Shown: in pieces, positions 15,106 through 25,386 of the stretch
Layout of the letters: each line of letters begins with the position of its first letter
Position numbering within the stretch: the stretch's first letter is position 1
NCBI GenBank assembly: GCA_964016885.1
Contig: OZ024763.1
Location: 18,290,001 to 18,354,000, forward strand
DNA length: 64,000 bases
Origin: Eledone cirrhosa
Taxonomy: Eukaryota
Reading direction: 5' to 3'
Notes under the pieces: generated by a model
Told to the model about the DNA's origin: nothing
What the model saw: the letters and a program-made list of their open reading frames with translations, nothing else
The model's database searches: none
Program-made: the position numbers and the translations under genes

Positions 15106-16147
15106 CTAGTTATTGTGGGTAGAGAACACTTCAGACCAGCTGGTATCTCTCTTCCACGTTTCACCAGCCTTAACAAACCTCCAGATCTGCCCATCATCAC
15201 GCAGACTAAAACTTTCATGTTGTGCTGAGTTCCGATTCAAGGAAGCTGCAACAGGTAGCTTCGGACGTACATGGAGTGGTAGGCCTGGGCGTGTTCGGAA
15301 GGTAATCTGATTTTCACGCCCAACTTTAACAGAGGCCAGATGATATGAAATTGCCTCAGCGGAGTCCGAAAAAGATAGCCTGATGAGTCTGGGTTTTGGA
15401 CCAGGTCGACCAAGGCGGAGAGCACCCTTTGGGGGAACACAGCCTAGGTCTTTGGCTGAGCTGGCATCAAATGCCTGAAGATCAGCCTTGTCCTCTGGTA
15501 CCCAAATGGCAATTATTTCATGGGTAGCAGATTCCGCAGTCTTCTCAGTGTGCCCAGATACGGCAAGAGGTACAGGGAGATTCTTTAGCAAGGAATTCCG
15601 ATAAGACCCCTCATTGTGGGGTCCTACCCGAATGCTTGCCTTTATTCCTGTTACTTCCCTTCTTAAAGCAGAAATCATTAGTTGCAATTCTGCAAAATCT
15701 GTACTGGTCGGTTGTTGTTGCTGCTGCTGTTGCTGTTGTTCCTCCACGGGAATGGTAGGGGAAGACACAGTCGCAGGTTGTTGGTGTCGAGATGTACTGG
15801 GAGCGGAAGACATGGGTTGTTGTTGTTTCTGATGTTCTTCCACAGGAATAGCAGCAGAAGCCAGTGTCATAGGTTTTTGCCGTTGTTCAGTAACAATGGT
15901 AGAGGAAGATACAGTCATCGGGTTTTTTGTTGTTGTTGTTGTTGTTTTTTGTTTTTCAATAACATTGGTGGAGGCAGGCACACAGGCCAGGCACTGAAAG
16001 GACCAAGATTTTAGCTGGACCATCTCCCAGAGTCCATCCATCATAGCATTATGATGTCTCTTTTTTTGGCCTGGGATCCTCTGGAAGCCTGTGGCCCATT
16101 GAAGGCAGACAGAGATGCGACAGGTTCCACATTCAACCCAGCAATTA
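15106..16147 (-). CDS. LINE ORF1 remnant (partial PHD-finger-like region, Q/T-rich linker, coiled coil)
   Basis: CWVECGTC...C...WSFQCLAC and ELQLMISALRREVTGIK heptads. TAG stop lies 2 nt before the ORF2 ATG at 15103. Confidence 0.75.
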
Positions 16148-17187
16148 GATGATGAAGATGATGATGGTGGTGGTGGTGGTGGTAATGGTGATGATGATGG
16201 TGATGGTAATGATGATGGTGATGGTAATGATGATAATGATGATGATGGTGATGACAACAACAAGCCATGTTATGCAGATTCAGAACCTCAAAGAAGACTT
16301 GAGAAATTTCAGAAATATTGTATTAATTTTTTATCAATTCATCATTTTTTTTTTTTGTGGAGGGGGAGAATGGAGGGGAGGGGGAAATGGTTCTAAAACA
16401 GTCAGCAGGATCCAAAAACAGTTTTCAACGCCAAAGGATTTACAGGAGGAAAAAAAATAATAAAATAAATAAAAATATATATAAAAAAAAAAAAACAAGA
16501 TGAAATAAAAATTACAAGTGTTTTATGTGCACATATATGTATATATATTTGTGCGTATATATGTGTGTGTGTGTATATATAAAAACACATATATATCTAT
16601 ATACATGTCTTAGACATTTTAAACCTGTTGGAGCCCATTCCTCTCCAGGTGGGAGCACAGCCGATGTCTTAGAGTGAGAGAATGGGGGGAAGGGAGAATC
16701 AACCCCAGTACTTGACTGGTACTTTATTTTATCGACCTCCAAAGGATGAAAGGCAAAGGCGACTTTGGCTGGATTTGAAATCAGAGCGCAGTGCGCCCGT
16801 ACAAACACCGACGCATTTTCAATCTAACACTCTTACAAATCTGCCAATTTGCCACCTTCACATATATATATACACATACATACATATACATAGATATATA
16901 CACACACACATATATATATATATACACACACACACACTCACATAGTGTGAGTCATAAGCAACCGAGCAGTCAATGTATTTGTATTGCAAGGTTCACATGA
17001 CCTTTTTGAACATCCACCTCAAAATATATTGAAGCACAGGGTCAGTTTTTCCAACACTTACTTTAATTATATATCTTCAACTACTTTTGTTTGATGTATT
17101 TATAATTTCATACTGTATGACCAAAATTTTAGTAAACATTATCATTTGGAATATAAATGTTGGACTGCCCGGTTACTTATGACTCAC

Positions 17188-17222
<35 letters not shown>

Positions 17223-17277
17223 CTATATATATATATATATATATTGGAAAATGTGTGACATCTGTGGTACAGTTAGG

Positions 17278-17632
17278 TATATTTGAAAGAAAGGAAAAAA
17301 AAAATGACTTCACTTATAGTTCTAAATGATTTAATTTTATAATATTACAATTTTGTTTTGTAGATCTAGTAAGTTCTTTTGTTAACTTTGGTGGGGAGTT
17401 TTTTGTTTTTTTAAAGATTCCTGGTTAACTTTCTTGGAGAACTTTCTCACATTCGTCGGTAGCGAGAAAGTTCTCCAGGAAAGTTAACCAGGAATCTTTA
17501 AAAAAAACAAAAAACTCCCCACCAAAGTTAACAAAAGAACTCACTAGATCTACAAAGCAAAATTGTAAAATTATAAAATTAAATTGTTTAGAACTACAAG
17601 TAAAATCATTCTTTTCCTTTTTTTCAAATATA
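17278..17632. repeat. Long inverted repeat (about 170-bp arms, about 15-nt loop)
   Basis: 17278-17448 is the near reverse complement of 17464-17632. Confidence 0.92.
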
Positions 17633-17637
17633 TACAT

Positions 17638-17673
<36 letters not shown>

Positions 17674-18060
17674 CATAATACATAGATTCATATATGTGCA
17701 TACACATACGTACATACTTTTTTTCATATGTGCACAAAAGTTAGTGTGTGCTCACACATATTCATAAACTCATTAACACACACACACATACATACATTCA
17801 TACACATGTATGTATTTAAAAAAAAAAAAGTCTTTATAATAATTAAAATAATAATAATGGTTTCTAATTTAGACACAAGGCCAACAATTTTGGAGGAGGA
17901 GAAAGTCAATTAAATTGACCCCCAGTTTGTTACTGGTGCTTTATTTTATCGATCACTCAAAGGATGAAAGGCAAAGCTAATCCCGCCAAGGTTAACTTTG
18001 CCTTTCATCCTTACGGGGGTCGATAAAATAAAGCACCAGTAACACCTGGGGTCAATTTAA

Positions 18061-18491
18061 CCCTTTAGCATTTAAACTGGCCAGAATTCTCTCACCTCTT
18101 TCTGTTTAAACTGGCTGTAACCAGCCGCTCATACTGATGTTAAGGTATAGTTCCCAGAATAAATAATATCAAAATCTCATAGATTCGATATTATGAGAGA
18201 TATTTATGTAAGATAAAGCCTTTACCACAAAAATACAATAGTATAGAAGATTTCGCCATATCTTCTTTACTAAAGAAATTTTAGCCTGATTGTTGGGTTT
18301 AGAACTCTCTAAGGAATGGAAAAAGATGAGTATTGATGTACTGTACTTCAATACTCATTTTTCCATTCCTTAGAGCTAAAATTTCTTTAGTCAAAAATAC
18401 GGCGAAAGCTTATTTTTCTATTTCCTACCTCGTTCGCTGTTTCAAAACAAACTTACAATAGTATATATAGAGTAATGTAAATGGTAAAGGG
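18061..18491. mobile_element. piggyBac-like MITE carrying an internal foldback insertion
   Basis: TTAA-CCCTTTAGCATTT...AAATGGTAAAGGG-TTAA termini. Relatives at about 10250-10620, 20700 and 33715-34210. Confidence 0.7.
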
Positions 18492-18579
18492 TTAATAGAC
18501 TTTCCCCTACCTCTCTCAAAATAGTTGGCCTTGTGCTTAAATCAGAAACCATTACAGTAATAATATAAACAAATGTGCC

Positions 18580-20599
18580 TCAGTTGTTTTCTGCTGTAAC
18601 TATAGCTGGTTTCTGCAGCATCTTGCGTTTGAAGTATCGTTCTTGTGCATCAAGGAATAACTGGCCGACAGTGTGTCGGGCATATTTTGGGGGAATGTCA
18701 GTTTTGATGGGGTGGTCATTGTTGACCGTGTCCCCTTTACTAGTAGTGGTAGTGGTGGTGGTGGTGGTGGTGTTGGTGGTGGTGGTGTTGTTAGGAGTGG
18801 TGGTAGTGGTAGTTGTAGTAGCAATGTCACTGTTCACTTTGGCATCTGGGGGGGCCACCTCTGGGGAGGAAGACGGGGGGAAACGCGACGCTGCCGGGAG
18901 TGGCGGCGGCGGCGGCGGCGGGGAGGAGGCGGCGGCGTCGGCGGCGCAACGGGCAGCGGAAGGTAGCGGAGGATGGGGGGAAAGGAGAGGAGGTGGCGGC
19001 GGGGGAGGAGGGGCGGGAGGCGGGGAGGGCGTGGAGGACGCGTGAGGCGCGGCGGCAGCAGCAGCTACGGTGGGAAGAGGAGGGGGAGCACGGGGAAGCT
19101 GCGGCTCGAGTGAGGGTAGCTGTGGCGGTGAAGACGGTGGGGTGGCTGACCTGAGGTCGATAACATCGGGGGAGCACTTGCCGTCTTTCTCTTTAGCGTG
19201 ATTGCGATGGTGGTGGTGGTGGTGATTGTTGTTGTTATTTTTATTATTAACGCGGTCATTGTCGTGGCTGTAATTGCGGCCACGACGACTTCGACTGCGC
19301 CCTGGGGCTCCCCTGCCGTCGTCATCAGATGACGACGACGACGACGACGATGATGATGCATTAATGGGTATGACCTTCACAGGTGTTCGTGACTTCAGTT
19401 TGTCTCCACCCCTCTGTTGCCTGTCGCTGCTGCCTACCACAGGGTGGTGGTCCTTCTCCGGAGAGCGCTTCCTGTCGCGTGACTTCTCCATCGACGAAGG
19501 CCCTCCACCGTACCTTTCCTCGGAGTGACCCCTAGCATTGGCGTGCCCCGAGCCCGATGACCCCTTGTGTGATGTCGGCCGGTTCCGCTCAAACCTGTCC
19601 GACCTCTCCCGCGACCTTGATCGAGATCTTCTGTCGTACCTCTTCTCTCTCGAATGCGAACGAGACTTTCGCTCGTAGCGGTTAAACCTGCCCCTGTTGC
19701 GAGATTTTGATCGTGACCGCCGGTTGTACCTCTCAAACCTATTTCGGTCCCTCGAACGAGAACGAGATCTTCTGTTGTATCGTATGAAACGCGGCCGGTT
19801 TCGGAAATTGAAATAAGGCTTTCTTTTGAATCTGTCGAACCGGTTCCGATCTCTCGAACGAGACAGCGATCGCCTCTCCCTGGACCGTGAACGCTTGTCT
19901 TTGGAGCGCGACCGTCTGTCTCTGGAGCGAGACTGCTGGTCTCTGGACCGCGACCGCTTCTCCTTCGAACGAGAGCGCCTGTCCTTAGATCGAGATTTTC
20001 TGTCCCGCGAGTGAGATTGTGATTTCCTATCGCGGTAGTCTCTTCGCCGGCCTCGGTCATCTCTGGACCGCGACCGAGAGAGCCGATCCTTACCGACCGT
20101 CTCCGACTTCTTGTACTGGCCCCTGCGGTCAGCCGATTTCGAACGAGATCGTGAACGGGATTTTGATTTGGAGTGGTGGTTACCGCGACCACCGCCGTAA
20201 CCTCTTTCGTCGGTGTGCCTCGAACGACTCACTGGGCTTTGTCTCGTGACCGGGGTATACTTCTTACGCTTCTGTCTGTCGTCGTCAGTCTGGGAGTTGT
20301 CCGAATCGGAATATTTGCTCCGCTGGCCCGTCGTAGAAATGCCGGGCAGCTTCTTGCTTCCAGAAGAAATGTCCGGTTTCTGTTTCTCAGATTTGCCCCA
20401 ACGGCTTCCTTTCACTTGCTTTCTGCTCTCCTTTGCACTGTCGTTTGACGAGGATGACGAAGAAGATGATGAAGAAGAGGAAGATCTGCGTTTTGTCACT
20501 TTCTCAGATTTCGTAACAGCCAGTTCATGTTTGTCTACATCAATACTGTTATCCTTCATCTCAACATCTTGAGCCATCAATTCAGCTTTCTTCTCTGCC
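18580..20599 (-). CDS. NSRP1: NSRP1 exon 8 (terminal): RS domain, His/Pro/Thr low-complexity tracts, conserved C-terminal motif, TGA stop
   Basis: Acceptor ttttcacatttcag at 20600, phase 2. Long SR/RD dipeptide region. KYARHTVGQLFLDAQERYFKRK resembles the NSRP1 C-terminal K.A.R......A..RY..R motif as I recall it. Confidence 0.9.
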
Positions 20600-20711
20600 C
20601 TGAAATGTGAAAAAGAAAAAAAATAATAATAATAATACACAGCTCAGATCAATCATTAACGACGAACACATGACAAGGTTTATTCAAGCAATAAAAGTTA
20701 ACCCTTTAACA

Positions 20712-21560
20712 TTTAAACCGGCCGTATCCAGCCAGAATTCTCTCACCTATTTCTGTTCAAACCAGCCGTATCCAGCCAGAATTCTCTCACCTATTTCTGT
20801 TTAAACCAGCCGTATCCAGCCAGAATTCTCTCACCTATTTCTGTTCAAACCAGCCGTATCCAGCCAGAATTCTCTCACCTATTTCTGTTCAAACCAGCCG
20901 TATCCAGCCAGAATTCTCTCACCTATTTCTGTTCAAACCAGCCGTATCCAGCCAGAATTCTCTCACCTATTTCTGTTTAAACCAGCCGTATCCAGCCAGA
21001 ATTCTCTCACCTATTTCTGTTTAAACTGGCCGTATCCAGCCAGAATTCTCTCACCTATTTCTGTTTAAACTGGCCGTATCCAGCCAGAATTCTCTCACCT
21101 ATTTCTGTTTAAACCAGCCGTATCCAGCCAGAATTCTCTCACCTATTTCTGTTCAAACCAGCCGTATCCAGCCAGAATTCTCTCACCTATTTCTGTTTAA
21201 ACCAGCCGTATCCAGCCAGAATTCTCTCACCTATTTCTGTTCAAACCAGCCGTATCCAGCCAGAATTCTCTCACCTATTTCTGTTTAAACCAGCCGTATC
21301 CAGCCTGAATTCTCTCACCTATTTCTGTTTAAACCAGCCGTATCCAGCCAGAATTCTCTCACCTATTTCTGTTCAAACCGGCCGTATCCAGCCAGAATTC
21401 TCTCACCTATTTCTGTTTAAACTGGCCGTATCCAGCCAGAATTCTCTCACCTATTTCTGTTTAAACTGGCCGTATCCAGCCAGAATTCTCTCACCTATTT
21501 CTGTTTAAACTGGCCGTATCCAGCCAGAATTCTCTCACCTATTTCTGTTCAAACCGGCCA
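20712..21560. repeat. 44-bp minisatellite, about 19 copies, derived from the end of the piggyBac-like MITE
   Basis: Unit tttaaaccagccgtatccagccagaattctctcacctatttctg, directly preceded by ttaaccctttaaca. Confidence 0.93.
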
Positions 21561-21732
21561 CTTATACTGATGTTAAGTCAATTAAATTGACCCCAGTGTG
21601 TTACTGGTACTTTGTTTTATCGACCCCGTAAGGATGAAAGGCAAAGTTAACCTCGGCAGGATTTGAACTTAGAACGCAAAGGGCCGTAACTATACGCTAC
21701 AAAGCATGTTGTCTGACGCTCTACCGATTCTG

Positions 21733-23236
21733 CTGCTACTCCACTGCCACCCAACCAATACCGCTGCTACTCCACTGCCACCCAACCAATACCGCTGCTA
21801 CTCTCCTGCCACCCAACCAATACCGCTGCTACTCTCCTGCCACCCAACCAATACCGCTGCTACTCTCCTGCCACCCAACCAATACCGCTGCTACTCCACT
21901 GCCACCCAACCAATACCGCTGCTACTCCACTGCCACCCAACCAATACCGCTGCTACTCCACTGCCACCCAAACCAATACCGCTGCTACTCCACTGCCACC
22001 CAAACCAATACCGCTGCTACTCCACTGCCACCCAAACCAATACCGCTGCTACTCCACTGCCACCCAACCAATACCGCTGCTACTCCACTGCCACCCAAAC
22101 CAATACCGCTGCTACTCCACTGCCACCCAACCAAGACCGCTGCTACTCCCCTGCCAACCAACCAACCAATACCGCTGCTACTCCCCTGCCAACCAACCAA
22201 CCAATACCGCTGCTACTCCCCTGCCACCCAACCAATACCGCTGCTGCTCCCCTGCCACCCAACCAATACCGCTGCTACTCCACTGCCACCCAAACCAATA
22301 CCGCTGCTACTCCACTGCCACCCAACCAATACCGCTGCTACTCCCCTGCCACCCAACCAATACCGCTGCTACTCCCCTGCCAACCAACCAACCAATACCG
22401 CTGCTACTCCCCTGCCAACCAACCAACCAATACCGCTGCTACTCCCCTGCCAACCAACCAACCAATACCGCTGCTACTCCCCTGCCACCCAACCAACCAA
22501 TACCGCTGCTACTCCCCAACCAACCAACCAATACCGCTGCTACTCCCCTGCCACCCAACCAATACCGCTGCTACTCCCCTGCCACCCAACCAATACCACT
22601 GCTACTCCCCTGCCACCCAACCAATACCACTGCTACTCCCCTGCCACCCAACCAATACCGCTGCTACTCCCCTGCCAACCAACCAACCAATACCGCTGCT
22701 ACTCCCCTGCCAACCAACCAACCAATACCGCTGCTACTCCCCTGCCACCCAACCAATACCGCTGCTACTCCCCTGCCACCCAACCAATACCGCTGCTACT
22801 CCCCTGCCACCCAACCAATACCGCTGCTACTCCCCTGCCACCCAACCAATACCGCTGCTACTCCCCTGCCACCCAACCAATACCGCTGCTACTCCCCTGC
22901 CACCCAACCAATACCGCTGCTACTCCCCTGCCACCCAACCAATACCGCTGCTACTCCACTGCCACCCAACCAATACCGCTGCTACCCAACCAATACCGCT
23001 GCTACTCCCCTGCCACCCAACCAATACCGCTGCTACTCCCCTGCCACCCAACCAATACCGCTGCTACTCCCCTGCCACCCAACCAATACCGCTGCTACTC
23101 CACTGCCACCCAAACCAATACCGCTGCTACTCCACTGCCACCCAAACCAATACCGCTGCTACTCCACTGCCACCCAACCAATACCGCTGCTACTCCCCTG
23201 CCACCCAACCAATACCGCTGCTACTCCACTGCCACC
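21733..23236. repeat. 31-bp C-rich minisatellite, about 48 copies
   Basis: Unit ccaataccgctgctactcccctgccacccaa with length variants. Confidence 0.95.
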
Positions 23237-23257
23237 CTCCCAATAACAACAACTTAC

Positions 23258-23332
23258 CGTATACTCGCAGCTGAAAGTCCCTCTTCTATCTCAGATGGTT
23301 CCTGTTTCACATTGACTGATGATGTCTTCTTA
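23258..23332 (-). CDS. NSRP1: NSRP1 exon 7 (75 nt, phase 2-2): (S)KKTSSVNVKQEPSEIEEGLSAASI(R)
   Basis: cttttcag acceptor, gtaagt donor, open frame whose phases match exons 6 and 8. No homology support recognised. Confidence 0.7.
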
Positions 23333-24116
23333 CTGAAAAGGGAGGTAAATATAAAGAAAAGGGTTTATGTGGAGGTAAAAAACTTGCTTAAGAATATAAG
23401 GAGCGAGAGAGGAGGGTGGGGGGTTAGAGGGAGGGATAGAAAAGATGACCTCATTACTAAAACCAGCCACAACACTGTAAAAATGGCAATGTGAACACTT
23501 GTATGTTTGTGTAAGAGTGTGTGTATGTATGTGTGTGTATGTCTGAATGCATATATGTGTGTATGCCTGTGTGAATGGTTGCATTTGTGTATCAGTCTGT
23601 ATGTAACTGTGTGTGTGTGTGTTTATGATTGTATCCATATGTATGTCTGTATATGATTGTATCTGCGTATGTACACTTCTATGTATTTTTTGCATGTCTG
23701 TCTGTGCAGGTGTCTGTCTGTGCAGGTGTCTGTCTGTGAATGCTTGTATTGCTGTCATCTTTGAGAACTCAATCTCAACCAATTCCATTAATAGTTCTGC
23801 TCTTTAGGTGCCATTAAAACATCAAAGACATGACAACCACCCTAGTGTTGGTGATAGGAAGGGCATCCACCCATAGAAGGCTTGCCAAACAAAGGGCTGT
23901 GAGAACCCTTCAGTTGGGTCAAAGACATGATAACCTCCTCTGTGCACTCGGAAAAATGTGAAACCATATGTAAGTAAGATGCCCACCTGCTAGCCAGCCT
24001 GACTGACTGGGAGGTCAGTAGCCCCACTTCAGTACTAACTTGGACTATGTAGACCCATCGAACCCTTGCTAGCAGGGAAAGCAGACATTAAAATGATGAT
24101 GATGATGATGATGACA

Positions 24117-24732
24117 ACCTCCCATCTTCACAAGTTTCTCCAAGATCTATCTGAATTACTGACCTTAAAAATACGCCAGAGATGGGCAGGGCCAACGAGA
24201 GGGGTTCCAGCCGGTACTTTGTTCCGAGGCCCAAGAGCCAAGAAGGACCCACAGCAACCATGCAACATCCATTTTCAGAAAAATCTTTGCCTGCTTCGGG
24301 CCCCAAAGAGGTCTTGTACCACCGGCTTGCCATATTTCCCTTGGAGGCCCTGCACCTTGCTTCTATCGGTAATAAAATGTTTTCACACCTCTCATCTTCA
24401 CAAGATTCCCCAAGACCCAGCTGAATTACTGACCTTTTAGATAGACCAGAGATGGGCCTGCACTCTGCTTCTAACAGTATAAAACGTTTTTTACATCTCC
24501 CATCTTCACAAGATTCCCCAAAATCCAGCTGAGTTACTGACTTGAAAAATATGCCAGGAGTGGACCTACACCTTGCTTCTACCAGTAATATCCCATCTTT
24601 ACAAGATTCCCCAAGATCCAACTGAGTTTCTGACCTTAAAAACACGCTGGGGTGGGCCTGCACCTTGCTTTTACTAGTAACAAAATGTTTTCACACCTCC
24701 CATCTTCACAAGATTCCCCAAGATCCAGCTCA
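24117..24732. repeat. Degenerate tandem repeat of about 100-110 bp (about 5 copies), first unit interrupted by a CAGGGCC...GGCCCTG element
   Basis: Recurrent cccatcttcacaagattccccaagatccagctga. Confidence 0.75.
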
Positions 24733-25214
24733 GGGGAAGACCCGGTGATGACTAAATATCAACATATACACTGCTTCAGTTGTTATCATTCCCTTGCAAT
24801 TAAGACTGCTTGGAACAATTATATGTTCTTTAGCTTACCATCTTCCATATCTGCAATGCAATCTCTCGTACGCTCCTCTCTCTCTCTCCTTCCTAGTTTT
24901 GCCGTGACTTGAGTTCCTCGTGTGTGACGTAACACTGCAGTTCATTGCACTCCTTCATCACTGATAACGCCGTGTCACAGAGCAAGCAAAGTATTTTGGC
25001 CTTAAAAGGTACAAGGTAATATTGCAAATCCCAAATCATTATTCTTAAACAAATCCTCTTTTCCTCCAGAACTGTTATTTTAATTTTTTCGTATTTTATT
25101 TAAACATTATGGGAGCAGGGATCAGGTATATTCAAAATAGAATAAGTCAACAAAAAGAAAGCAAGCATAGTTTGATTAAATTAAACACAAACACAAAGAG
25201 GAATCAGAGAAAGT

Positions 25215-25386
25215 GTGTAGCAAGAGAGGAGACTGCGCTGGTATCGACAGGTAATGCACAGGGATGATGAATGCTGGGTGAACAAGTGCCAAGTAGTCCC
25301 AGTGGAAGGAAGACCAAGGAAGACCTGGATAGAAGCAATGAGAGTTGATCTCAGATTGTTAATAATGTTCATGGAGGATATGGCAA
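25215..25386 (+). mobile_element. RTE-clade LINE 3' fragment
   Basis: Translates LRWYRQVMHRDDECWVNKC...GRPRKTWIEAMRVDL, typical of an RTE ORF C-terminus. Confidence 0.75.

Larger units (their letters stand above)
12130..16147 (-). mobile_element. CR1-group non-LTR retrotransposon (LINE), 5'-truncated, ORF2 disrupted
   Basis: ORF1 remnant with PHD-like Cys pattern. APE endonuclease motifs LNARSLCNK, ITVTETW, GVVYRPP, AGDFNHP, SDH. RT motifs YRPVSLTS, YLDFAKAFNSVPH, SGVPQGSVLGP, KYADD. CR1-type C-terminus FFTLRVAEAWNKLP. Short 3' UTR ending in (ATT)n. Confidence 0.95.

Noticed and set aside
20600-20640. ORF-track start MYYYYYFF for the 686-aa ORF
   Set aside because: This is the intron polypyrimidine tract. 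The coding frame enters at the acceptor at 20599.
21706-23274. 522-aa Pro/Cys-rich ORF on the plus strand
   Set aside because: Read-through of a stop-free 31-bp repeat that cycles through all frames, antisense within an NSRP1 intron.
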